Source: Macrostomum hystrix
Taxonomy: Eukaryota; Animalia; Platyhelminthes
DNA: 64,000 nt
Assembly (NCBI GenBank): GCA_950097015.1
Contig: CATNEN010000038.1
Span: forward strand, 62,001-126,000
Direction: 5' to 3'
Shown here: one piece after another, positions 12,194-22,440 of the stretch
Layout of the letters: every line of letters begins with the position of its first letter
Numbering within the stretch: position 1 is the first letter of the stretch
Notes under the pieces: model-generated
What the model was told of the DNA's origin: nothing
Databases searched by the model: none
Seen by the model: the letters and a program-made list of their open reading frames with translations, nothing else
Translations under genes and position numbers: made by a program

Positions 12194-15100
12194 ATGTCAT
12201 CAGCAGGTGATAGTGAAAATAATCATTTCGAAGTATCAAAGCGGTGGCTTTTAAAAGCGATCTCTTTTGACAATGAAAACAAGTAAGTCGGCGTCTTCAT
12301 TAATGTTTTTGTAAATATTTTTTCTACTTAGACTTGCCTCATTGATTTTTTTACTGCGACTATTCTAATTGAATAAATATTTTTCTGTTCTTAACGAATT
12401 TTTATCTAAGCCTAGGCCTATTTTTATGTGGAATAATAGCTATGTTTCTAAGGAATCGGAATTTAGGTAGCTGGTGATAGATTTATAAGAACTTTTGAAC
12501 TAAAAGTTTTGTTTATTTTTTGTACGATATGACAAATATCTTTTTTGCAGCTATATAATATAGCTATTGGTGTGTAGGCCTATTGGCATAATTATTATAT
12601 AAACTGGCTAGCTAAGACTAAAACAGCTGTACATATAATATAGTCCTAAGTCGAACTTTAAATCACATAGAATATAGAAAAATTATCTAAAATTAGAACT
12701 TGCTTTTTTCAGTAAAAAAATAAAGCAAAGTTTTAAATTTTTTATTTCATTTTCACTAATTTTCCAAACAAGTTATAATTTATTCTAGTTATAAGTTACT
12801 AGTTATCAGTTACTTATAATTCAAGCTAGCTATTAAGCAAGATAGCTAGATGACAAAGTTAGATCTCACTAAATGCTTGTGGCTATGCATTATCTGGCCA
12901 AGAACATGTCTTATATTATATAGTCTAGTCCTATATTGAGTTTCTTTTGTTGCAAAAAGGTTCTAAAATATTGACCCTAGAAAGTCAAGAGACTATTAAT
13001 TTTTAATTGGGTTAGAAATTGCTTATATTAATATTACTTAGGGTAGTTTAAATTTTAATAAGTATATTAGGTTGATCTATTATAAAATGGTTGCTGGGCA
13101 TTTTGGCGACTGTGCTTTTCAGGGCCTAGTATTGCTTTTCAGTAACCTTTTTGGTGCATTTGGTTCCCACAAGCACATGATGTATAATTTTTTTCAATTA
13201 CAATTCATTATTAGCAGTGTCATTCAACCATTGTAGTTCCAATTCTACTACTTAGGCAGACATATAGGCCACATTGTATCACAATTTATTTGTACCACAC
13301 AAATAAAAAGCAAACAGATTAGCAAATGAAGCAAAAATTATAAGCCATTGCATAAAAACATGGTAAAAACGAAGTAAGTCAAACTGAAAATTAAATATGG
13401 TTTATGACATGGTATAGCTAGAACTGCTTCATGTTAAATGAACCACTTCCTCAGCAATGATGTTTGTTGCAATGAAACCATAGCTGCAACCACTAGAATT
13501 GATGGAGTATAGAAACAGAAAAAAATGTAATTTGATTTTCATTGTTAATTTTTATTCTTCAGTTATATCAGTTCTATCAACCAGAGGCTGTAGCCTAGTG
13601 GTTAGGGCGTCGGACTCACGACTTGAAGGTCGGGGTTCGATTCCTGTCTCCACTGAAACAATTTGTGTCCTTTAGCAAGACACTTAACTCTGCATTGCTT
13701 CAGTTCACCTAGCTGTTAAATGGGTACCAGCATCAGCTGGGATAATTGAAGGTGAGTGTGGCACTACAAAGAACCCTAGAATTCCTCCAAGGTCATGACC
13801 AGACCATTTGAGACCATGTAAGAAATGCTCAGCTATGACAATCAGAGATTGTACATAGTGTTTGCATGTTTCAATACGCTTATAAATTGACAACACTCGC
13901 CCTATGTACACGTTAGATCCTGCCTGACCTGATGTGCCTGATCGTATATTTTTGGATAACTTGTGACCTTCATATGTTTTGATTGAGAAATATGCTACCT
14001 ATGTACAGGTCCGTGGGGGTTTGGGGGCGGCGGACTCCGGCCCCCAACGCGCCCGCCGCGCTGAGGCGCGCCGGCCCGGCCCCGAAGAGCCGAATGCACG
14101 CTGGAAGGACGTGCCGGACGACCCTTGTGTTGTGTCTGACCGCAAATGGAGGGAGACAGACCTGGTAGCCCGTCGTGAGACGGTTGCTCTAATGACCGCT
14201 AAGTAGACTTACGTTTTTTTAAGGTCAGCCACTAAACAGGAGGCACAAGCGTCCCGTCCTTCGGCAGGACGCTCCAGGGCGTCCTCTACGGACAGACTCC
14301 CTCTTTCCTTTGCTCTGCGCAGTCTCAAACCCAGTCACCAAGGCCCACCGGTTACAGTGATACGGCCTTAAATAGCGGTTCCTGGTAAAGCAGACGGGGA
14401 TTCGGTGGTCGTTCCCCTCACTGGAGGGCAAGCCTCCTGAGTTTGACCCGCTTTGGACGCTCCACAAGGGAGCTTACTGGGCGCTAGCAAGTAAGGACAC
14501 CACCTGGCTTAACCATAGACTCATATATTCTATGACTTAAAGACTTGGATCTCCGGCCATTTTACGGGACTGAATTCCTTGCCTCAGTCAATTACCGATT
14601 TATTTATTGTCGAATCTGCAAACGAGTCCCGGCCACCTCAGCCTACCCTAGTCGGGTAGTTACCGGCTGCAGGCTGAGTAGGACTCGGAGCCTGAGGCGC
14701 CGGATTTGCTGGTTCTATTAAGCGCTTCCAGCCGCCACGCCCGCTTCCGCGTGACAGAGATCGACAAAGGGGCCTAACGCCTGGAAAGTCTCTCTCCGGC
14801 CATAGGCGACTGGTTGCAACAGAACAGTTCTAGCTTTGCAACCACGTACATGCACATACACACTATTCAAAGCTCGCTACTGTATTAGTAGTACAATTGG
14901 AATTAAATGCTACGAGCATTGAAAAAACAAAGCAACAAGACAGACATGTTGTGAATGGCCTATGTGCACATTTGCTCATAGGGTACTTATGTAATCAATG
15001 TACATGTGAGGTTCAATAATATATATACACGGCTCTCGCTACGCGAGAGAGCACCCTCACCCTTGGTTAACTGGACTTGGCCTCGCCTCGCTTATTTGGC

Positions 15101-18100
15101 TAGCAGCCACAACACTGGCATCGCAAGCAGGGGTTAGAGCAAACCCCCCAAACCAGCGCAGTCCAGCCAATCAACTCACGGCAGCCAGGCCCACTAAGCG
15201 ACTTTCGCACTCATACGGCACTCACAACTGCAAGTCAGCCAGTTGAGCCAATCGGAAATGGGTAGCACTGAGAATGCCACAGCGCCAGCACTACGCCTGA
15301 ACCTCAGAGAACCTCCACCATTTCTGGACAACCCAGGAACACCTGCAGTTTCGTGGGAAATCTGGGCCGCTGAGTTTGACACCTACCTGCTAGCATCCGG
15401 AATCGATAGCCTGCAAGAAGCCAGGAAGATTGCGCTGCTCACCCACTGCCTTGGGCGCGAAGGAGTACGAATCTACCGGACTCTCTCGGCTGACCAGGAA
15501 ACGGCTCCGACAACACTAGCAGCGGCATGCGATCTCCTGAAGCAGCACTTCCAGCCAGCAGTGAGCGTGTATGCCAAGAGGCACGAATTCCGGAAGTGCG
15601 TCCAGCGAAGCGCCGAAGGCGTGCAAGCCTTTGTGGCAAATCTGCGCCATGCCGCCAAGGACTGCCAGTTTGGAGTCCTCCATGACGACCTCATCCTGGA
15701 CCAGCTGATCTTTGGCACCTCGTCCTCAAAGGTGCGCGAAAGACTCCTACTTGAGAAGGAGCTCACGCTGGGCGGGGCAATCCAAATTGCAGCCCAGGTG
15801 GAAATGGCGGTCCACAGTGAGAATTCGCTGACTGGCAAGACAGCAGCCGACGACAGCATCAAGAAGATCAACTTTAAGAGAGCTTCCTACGACGCCAAGC
15901 AGCGCCAGACGGGTCAGCAGAACCAGTTCTGCTGCTCGCACTGCGGCCAGCGAGGCCACCGCACAGGCAGTGATCCGCGCTGTGCGGCACGAGGCAAGGC
16001 GTGCACGAAGTGCGGGAGGCTCAACCACTTCGCCAAGGTGTGCAAGAGCAGCACGACGGCACCGACCTCAGGCCAAAAGAAGATTCAAGGCGTCGAGATA
16101 GACAGCTCCAGACAGCAGAGTATCTTCGCTGTCGGGTCGAGCCACAAAGGCCAATACAAGAGGGCCAGCATAAGAATCAATGGTCACAGCATCCCGTTAC
16201 TGGTGGACACAGCCGCCAAAGTCTCCATCCTCAGCATGGAGACAAGCCGCAAAATCTTCGGATCTAAAATTCCTCTGCGCCCGTGCGACAAGAAGCTGCT
16301 TTCCTACAACGGCTCCAGTATCAGCGTCGCCGGCGAGATCGATGCCAGGGTCGAGTTCGACGGCGTTCAGCTTCCGTTGTTCACCTTCACAATTGTGATG
16401 GATGGCGACGACCTGATGGGCATCGACCTGATGGACAAACTCGACTGCAAGGTCCTCGGACCTTCCGGCCATCAAATCTTCACTATTAGCTCGGGTAACG
16501 AGGCTTCAGGTATGCCACCTATGCCAGATTGGATTCCTGCCAAGTACCACACTTTAGGCACCGGTCTCGGCGAGATCAAGGGCTTCTGCCACCGCCCCAG
16601 GGTGGACCAGACCGTGCCGCCGGTAGCGCAGCGGATGCGCCGGCTGCCGCTCGCTCTGCGCCAAGAGTGTGCTGCGGAGATCCATCGCTGGAAGGAAGAA
16701 GGCATCATCGAGCGCGCCGAAGGCGACGTTCCTGATTGGCAATCGAATGTCACTTGCGCCAGGAAGTCTGACGGGAAGCTTCGCCTCTGCGTCGATCTGC
16801 GCAGTGTCAACAAGGCGATTGTCCCAGACTCGATGTCACTGCCAACATTCGCCGACCTAGTTACCGAGTTTTCCAACTCCAAGTGGTTCTCGCGGATTGA
16901 TCTCAACCAGTCGTACCTGCAACTGCCGCTGCACGAAGACGCCAAGAACCTGACCTGCTTCCACACAGAATCTGGCCTGTACCGATTCAAACGAATGCCA
17001 TTCGGAATCAGCTCAGCTCCGGCGGCCTTCCAGAAGGTCGTCGGCAAGATCCTGGAAGGCATCGACGGCGTCATGCACTATCAAGATGACATCGCGGTGC
17101 ACGCGGCAACGGAAGCCGAGCATGACAAACGCCTTTTCCGAGTCCTGGACAAGCTGCTGCATCACCGAGTCACCATCAACCTCAAGAAGTGCGTTTTCAA
17201 GGTTCCAGAGATCCAGTTCGTCGGACATCGGATCAGCGCCACCGGCATCCAGCCGCTTCAGTCCCACGCTGAGTCAGTAGAGCAACTCAAGGCACCGACG
17301 AACGCGTCCGAGCTTGCTTCCTTCCTCGGTTTCGCAAAGTTTCTCCAGTTCTACATCAAGAACCTGTCGCATGTCGCCGAGCCGCTGACAGCACTCCTGC
17401 GCAAGTATGTGCCCTGGAACTGGGACAAGAAGTGCGAGGCAGCCTTCAGTGAGGTCAAGCGGCTCATCTCATCCGCGCCGTGCCTAAAATTCTTCGATCA
17501 GAGCCACGAAACAGTCGTCTCGTGTGACAGCAGCGACGTCGCCCTGGGCGCTACTCTGGGCCAAATTGACGAGCGTGGACAACTTCGTCCAGTCGCCTTC
17601 GCCTCGCGCGCTCTGTCCGACACCGAGCGCCGTTACTCCGCGACGGAGAAGGAGGCCCTGGCCTGCGTCTGGAGCTGCGAGCACTGGCACCTTCTGCTGT
17701 ACGGCCGGAAGTTCAAGCTGCTGACCGACCACCAGGCTCTGACCACCCTGCTATCAGCACGCGGAAGCGGCCAGCGGCCTCTTCGGCTTCAACGCTGGTG
17801 TGAGCGACTCTTCGTCTACGATTTTGACATCGAGTATGTTCCTGGTAAGCTAAACGTCCAACCTGACTTTCTGTCCCGCTACGGCTACGATCGTAAAAAG
17901 ATCGGCCAAGAATCGATTGATCAACGTCAAACTGAGTCAGACATCAACCTAGTGCTTGCCAGGAGCTCCGAGCCTATTTCAGTTGCTCAGCTCGCCGAGG
18001 CCACAGCTAGCGATGACCAACTGCAGCGAGTCGTTCAGTTCGTGCTCAACGGATGGCCCACCGAGACTCCTAGCGACCTGAAGGGTTTCCATCAGGTGCA

Positions 18101-21100
18101 GCACGAGCTCTGCCTGTGGAACGACGGGCGCTGTCTGGCGAGAGGCAGCCGTGCGGTCATCCCAGCCTCACTCCGCGACCTGGTGTTGACGGAGGCGCAT
18201 CAAGGGCATCTCGGCGTGGCGAAGGTCAAGGCGCGATGCCGCGAAACTGTCTGGTGGCCGCGCATTGACAGCGACGTGGAGACATTCGTGAGGAACTGCA
18301 GTGCCTGCATTCTGTCGGAGAAGGCGTTCAAGCCGATCAAGGTGCCCTGGTCAACCACGGAACTACCAGCCGGCCCGTGGAGACAGCTCCAAGTCGACAT
18401 CGTCGGAGAGCTCCCGGCAACCGAAGCGCCAAATTCGCACAGATTCCTCATCGTAGTCCACGACCTCTACTCCAAGTGGCCCGAGATCATCGCGTCTTCA
18501 TCCGTAACCTCTACTGCCTGCATCGAGGCCCTTCGCAGCCTGTTCGTCCGCTGGGGCCTGCCAGACGAGATCACAACTGACAACGGACCACAATTCGTGT
18601 CGAGCGAGTTCACGGACTTCCTCAGCTCACTTGGCATCAAGCATCGCCGGACTCCATTCTATTGTCCGCAGCAGAACGGCGGAGTCGAAAGGTTCAACGG
18701 CTTCATCAAGTCTTCTCTACGAGCCCTGTTGGCCGACGGCGTGGCCATGAAGCAAGCTGTGCAGGAACTCCTGCTAGCGTATCGATCGGCTGAACACGCG
18801 CTGACCAAGAAGACCCCGGCCGAGATGATGCTAGGGCGGAAGCTTCGCCTGCATCTTGACCGGCTTCAACCGGCCGAGCCTGAGTCCGCGCCCAGCCAGG
18901 CGCTGCGGCGCACCGTCCAGGAACAACAGCAGCGAGCCGAAAGTCGCCGGAAACCTTCCAAGCAGAATCAGCAACCGCGGAGCGCCGCATTGACCGTCGG
19001 CAGTCGTGTCCGCGTACGCCGACCGAAGAAAAGCAAACTCGGCAGCGGCATCTCTGAGCCGATGACGGTCGTCGGTCGCAACGGCAACACACTGACGCTA
19101 ACCGATGGCAGTCGCTGGCACATCAGCCGCTGCATCCCAGACAACCGCCGCGGCTGGTGCGACGATGACGGTGACGGTGAGCTGCCACCCCAGCCAGCGG
19201 GTGCGCCGACAAGCCCAGCGCCACCAATGCCACCGCTGCGTCGTTCTGAGAGGCATCGTGCACCGCCTCAATGGTTCGGCAGTGTCGTGACCCACGATTG
19301 AGTGTGAACCGACATGTGACTCAAGTGACTGTTGTGGAGAGAGCAATCACATGCGATACGAACTGATTAAATGCATGTCTCAAACTATGCCATCCCGCCC
19401 GTTGCCTGTCATCTCTTTGGAGGGGGGATGATGTTGTGAATGGCCTATGTGCACATTTGCTCATAGGGTACTTATGTAATCAATGTACATGTGAGGTTCA
19501 ATAATATATATACACGGCTCTCGCTACGCGAGAGAGCACCCTCACCCTTGGTTAACTGGACTTGGCCTCGCCTCGCTTATTTGGCTAGCAGCCACAACAA
19601 GACACATTGGTAATAATGCATAATTAATAATGTTATACAATGTCTTATATGGAATGTATTTGTGGGAACCGAAATGCATCAAAAAGGCATCGAAATACCA
19701 GGCAACCACATTTTAATATGTATAAATCTAAATAGAAAGGCTATGCTATATATTATATTATATCATTGTAATTCTATTATTGAGCCATGTAGTAAGAACT
19801 AAATAAAAGTTCTGTTTTAAACGATATTGCTAGCTGCTCAATAAGTCAAGTATGCTCCAGCTGATTTTCATGATTTCAATTATCAATATTGTTTTACACA
19901 TAGGCTGATTCCGGCATTCTCTTGCTACAAGGAAGGCTTGGACAAACTCATGGAATATCTCAAATCTGTGCCAGAGTCAGATGTGGCCAAGCGCAATGCC
20001 ATTCGAACCAGACTTGCTGAATACCTGAGCAGAGCTGAGGCAATCAAACAGAAACTGCTGGCCTCTGGACAAATAAGTCCGCAATGTGTGTATCATACTA
20101 CTGAAGTAGCAATAATTGCCTGAAAATTAACAATTGGAGCATTGAAATACTCTTACATTAAAATTAACTGTACATGAAACTAATTCTTCAGCCGCCCAGC
20201 CCAAGCACACGCAGTACCGCATTGGCGAAGGCGAGACTGGCTACGGCTACGATAGAATATTCGGCGACTGTCTCAATGACGCATCTGTGGTTTGGGTTCG
20301 AGTTGAGGATCCCTACATCAGGAAGATGTACCAGGTGAGGCGCTTAGTAATTAGATGACAAAGCATTCAACAATCAAAAATCTAGACCGTCTAGTTCACT
20401 TCGTCGTTTATAGGCGTCAGCGAAAACTCACACTAACACACTTACAAGGGGTGAGTGCCAGAGCGTCCCTGAGGTCCCTGAGGTCCCTGAGCTCGATTCC
20501 GCGGCGAGGCCACATTCATTTTGGGCACAGCCGCGGAGAGAAGGCTTGGGGGCTTGTCGTGCAACTTAGACCCTTGAGGGCCAACCTCAAAGGCACAGTG
20601 AAAGTGTGCATTTTAGCCTGACGATGAGAAATTTATGGTCAGATGTACACACCTGTGTGACTGTGTGCTCAGGAGTCAGCGGAATAGGCAGAATTGCCTC
20701 CTCGCTGGCTGCGGGTCAAGTGTCAACAAATGATGTGCCATTGCTAACAGCCGTCCTGCAAATATCGTTATCATTGTATCGGACCACCTAAAATGTACAT
20801 CTAGATGTACGCCCAATCGACTGACTGAAGCAATCAATGAACAACTCGACATAAAAGCCTCCTCATTGTCCCCACAGTTGCACTTCTTTCTGCAATTCTG
20901 CGAACTCTGCGTCCGCCGCTGCCCGGGCTGCCTCCAGGAGATTCACCTGGTCACCGGGCCGGACGAAGCCAGTTCTGAGAAGCAGCGCGAATGTCTGGAT
21001 CTCCTGACCGAGTCGCTCAGAGATCGAGGCGTTGAGCTGCGGGTGAGTCTGCGGGACAGTCTGCACGACCGGGAGGTGTTTTTCAGCAATGGCTGGCGAG

Positions 21101-21231
21101 TGAAAATTGGCCGCGGCCTCAGTTTGTACAAGAAGCTGGCAAGGCAGCTGGACCTGGGAACTCACGACCTGGCGCTGCGGCCCTGCATGGAGACCACCGT
21201 TGACATCTTTCACGAGTCCATTCTGCGCTGA
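12194..21231 (+). CDS. MITD1: MIT domain-containing protein 1 (MIT + PLD-like C-terminal domain; ESCRT-III partner), 4 exons
   Basis: Predicted exons 12194-12282 (MSSAG...WLLKAISFDNENK, GTAAGT donor, phase 2), 19904-20085 (or 20076; LIPAFSCYKEGLDKLM...YLSRAEAIK), 20192-20334 (TGYGYDRIF...VEDPYIRKMYQ), 20878-21231 (LHFFLQFCEL...LHDREVFFSNGWRVKIGRGL). Intron 1 (~7.6 kb) carries the Gypsy element. Confidence 0.88.
13584..13745 (+). mobile_element. tRNA-derived SINE family A, 3'-truncated or diverged copy
   Basis: ggctgtagcctagtggttagggcgtcggactcacgacttgaaggtcggggttcgattcc followed by the CORE-like domain; matches the 8440-8679 copy. Confidence 0.8.
14008..14845. other. GC-rich, hairpin-dense non-coding cassette of unknown class, flanked by a GTACA direct repeat
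   Basis: Sharp GC jump against AT-rich flanks, more than 10 short inverted repeats, no credible ORF; GTACA at 14003-14007 and 14846-14850. Confidence 0.55.
14947..15114 (+). repeat. 5' LTR of the Gypsy element
   Basis: TG...CA ends, identical to 19432-19599. Confidence 0.95.
15258..19301 (+). CDS. Gag-Pol polyprotein (2 Zn knuckles, protease, RT, RNase H, integrase)
   Basis: Uninterrupted ORF: CSHCGQRGH / CTKCGRLNHFAKVC, LVDTAA protease, 'LRLCVDLRSVN...MPFGISSAP...YQDD' RT, 'CDSS...YSATEKEALA...TDH' RNase H, H-H-C-C plus 'VDIVG...TDNGPQF...NGGVERFN' integrase (Gypsy order). Confidence 0.96.
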   Translation: MGSTENATAPALRLNLREPPPFLDNPGTPAVSWEIWAAEFDTYLLASGIDSLQEARKIALLTHCLGREGVRIYRTLSADQETAPTTLAAACDLLKQHFQPAVSVYAKRHEFRKCVQRSAEGVQAFVANLRHAAKDCQFGVLHDDLILDQLIFGTSSSKVRERLLLEKELTLGGAIQIAAQVEMAVHSENSLTGKTAADDSIKKINFKRASYDAKQRQTGQQNQFCCSHCGQRGHRTGSDPRCAARGKACTKCGRLNHFAKVCKSSTTAPTSGQKKIQGVEIDSSRQQSIFAVGSSHKGQYKRASIRINGHSIPLLVDTAAKVSILSMETSRKIFGSKIPLRPCDKKLLSYNGSSISVAGEIDARVEFDGVQLPLFTFTIVMDGDDLMGIDLMDKLDCKVLGPSGHQIFTISSGNEASGMPPMPDWIPAKYHTLGTGLGEIKGFCHRPRVDQTVPPVAQRMRRLPLALRQECAAEIHRWKEEGIIERAEGDVPDWQSNVTCARKSDGKLRLCVDLRSVNKAIVPDSMSLPTFADLVTEFSNSKWFSRIDLNQSYLQLPLHEDAKNLTCFHTESGLYRFKRMPFGISSAPAAFQKVVGKILEGIDGVMHYQDDIAVHAATEAEHDKRLFRVLDKLLHHRVTINLKKCVFKVPEIQFVGHRISATGIQPLQSHAESVEQLKAPTNASELASFLGFAKFLQFYIKNLSHVAEPLTALLRKYVPWNWDKKCEAAFSEVKRLISSAPCLKFFDQSHETVVSCDSSDVALGATLGQIDERGQLRPVAFASRALSDTERRYSATEKEALACVWSCEHWHLLLYGRKFKLLTDHQALTTLLSARGSGQRPLRLQRWCERLFVYDFDIEYVPGKLNVQPDFLSRYGYDRKKIGQESIDQRQTESDINLVLARSSEPISVAQLAEATASDDQLQRVVQFVLNGWPTETPSDLKGFHQVQHELCLWNDGRCLARGSRAVIPASLRDLVLTEAHQGHLGVAKVKARCRETVWWPRIDSDVETFVRNCSACILSEKAFKPIKVPWSTTELPAGPWRQLQVDIVGELPATEAPNSHRFLIVVHDLYSKWPEIIASSSVTSTACIEALRSLFVRWGLPDEITTDNGPQFVSSEFTDFLSSLGIKHRRTPFYCPQQNGGVERFNGFIKSSLRALLADGVAMKQAVQELLLAYRSAEHALTKKTPAEMMLGRKLRLHLDRLQPAEPESAPSQALRRTVQEQQQRAESRRKPSKQNQQPRSAALTVGSRVRVRRPKKSKLGSGISEPMTVVGRNGNTLTLTDGSRWHISRCIPDNRRGWCDDDGDGELPPQPAGAPTSPAPPMPPLRRSERHRAPPQWFGSVVTHD
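19432..19599 (+). repeat. 3' LTR of the Gypsy element
   Basis: Follows the PPT; identical to the 5' LTR. Confidence 0.95.
20480..20765 (+). mobile_element. tRNA-derived SINE family B (5'-damaged copy) in MITD1 intron 3
   Basis: B-box-like GAGCTCGATTCC followed by a body shared with copies at 24565, 29759, 56240, 57070 and 58362. Confidence 0.8.
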
Positions 21232-21269
21232 ACTCGAGCCAGGGAACTACCTATTGCCTATTGCTATAA

Positions 21270-22440
21270 CTGAAATATAGTCGGGATAATTAAAATATAG
21301 TTGGGATAATTAAAATATAGTTGGGATAATTAAAATATAGTTGGGATAATTTAAATATAGTTGGGATAATTAAAATATAGTTGGCATAATTAAAATATAG
21401 TTGGGATAATTTAAATATAGTTGGGATAATTAAAATATAGTTGGGATAATAAAAATATAGTTGTGATAATTAAAATATATTTGCGATAATTAAAATATAG
21501 TTGGGATAATTATAATATAGTGGGGATAATTAAAATATAGTTGGGATAATTAAAATATAGTTGGCATAATTAAAATATAGTTGGGATAATTAAAATATAG
21601 TTGGGATAATTAAAATATAGTTGGGATAATTAAAATATAGTTGGGATAATTAAAATATAGTTGGCATAATTAAAATATAGTTGGGATAATTAAAATATAG
21701 TTGGGATAATTAAAATATAGTTGGGATAATTAAAATATAGTTGGCATAATTAAAATATAGTTGGGATAATTAAAATATAGTTGGCATAATTAAAATATAG
21801 TTGGGATAATTAAAATATAGTTGGCATAATTAAAATATAGTTGGGATAATTAAAATATAGTTGGGATAATTAAAATATAGTTGGGATAATTTAAATATAG
21901 TTGGGATAATTAAAATATAGTTGGCATAATTAAAATATAGTTGGGATAATTTAAATATAGTTGGGATAATTAAAATATAGTTGGGATAATAAAAATATAG
22001 TTGTGATAATTAAAATATATTTGCGATAATTAAAATATAGTTGGGATAATTATAATATAGTGGGGATAATTAAAATATAGTTGGGATAATTAAAATATAG
22101 TTGGCATAATTAAAATATAGTTGGGATAATTAAAATATAGTTGGGATAATTAAAATATAGTTGGGATAATTAAAATATAGTTGGGATAATTAAAATATAG
22201 TTGGCATAATTAAAATATAGTTGGGATAATTAAAATATAGTTGGGATAATTAAAATATAGTTGGGATAATTAAAATATAGTTGGCATAATTAAAATATAG
22301 TTGGCATAATTAAAATATAGTTGGGATAATTAAAATATAGTTGGGATAATTAAAATATAGTTGGGATAATTAAAATATAGCTGGGATAATTAAAATATGC
22401 TTGGGATAATCCAAATATAGTTAGGATAATTATAATCTTA
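21270..22440. repeat. Minisatellite, 20-bp unit (ttgggataattaaaatatag), with a 540-bp higher-order duplication
   Basis: About 58 copies; the variant pattern at 21341-21800 recurs 540 bp later. Confidence 0.97.

Larger units (their letters stand above)
14947..19599 (+). mobile_element. Full-length Ty3/Gypsy LTR retrotransposon (Mag-like, single ORF)
   Basis: LTRs 14947-15114 and 19432-19599 (168 bp, TGTTGTG...CACAACA, identical by eye), TSD AGACA (14942-14946 / 19600-19604), PBS TGGCATCGCAAGCAGG at 15116, PPT GGAGGGGGGATGA at 19419-19431. Confidence 0.97.
13070..19720. mobile_element. Old inverted-repeat (MITE/foldback-like) element hosting nested insertions; left arm ~13070-13255, right arm ~14885-14946 + 19605-19720
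   Basis: Left 'aaaatggttgctgggcattt...cctttttggtgcatttggttcccacaa...ttccaattctactactta' is the diverged reverse complement of right 'ttagtagtacaattggaa...[Gypsy]...ttgtgggaaccgaaatgcatcaaaaagg...aaataccaggcaaccacatttt'. Confidence 0.6.

Noticed and set aside
13584-13655. Apparent tRNA gene (CAC anticodon)
   Set aside because: Acceptor and anticodon stems pair poorly, and it continues into a body shared with two other dispersed copies, so it is a SINE head.
14008-14856. Telomerase RNA, RNase MRP or group II intron identity for the hairpin cassette (3' ACATGC; GGAAAGTC and AGGGGCCTAA; GAGCCGAATGC)
   Set aside because: No CTAACCCT template on either strand, the MRP-like P4 halves are in the wrong order, and the domain-V-like stretch lacks the bulge and 3' strand.
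20070-20080. Non-canonical ATAAGT donor in MITD1 exon 2
   Set aside because: Canonical phase-compatible GT donors exist at 20077 and 20086.
20615-20635. CTGACGA...GAAA resembling a hammerhead core in SINE B
   Set aside because: Only 3 nt separate CTGACGA and GAAA (no stem II), and CTGAC is paired with downstream GTCAG in better-preserved copies.
20690-20720. GCCTCCTCGCTGGC in SINE B is identical to P3/L3 of the genomic HDV ribozyme
   Set aside because: No upstream P1 partner, no GG for P1.1 and no P2 closure. The same bases pair in simple hairpins instead.
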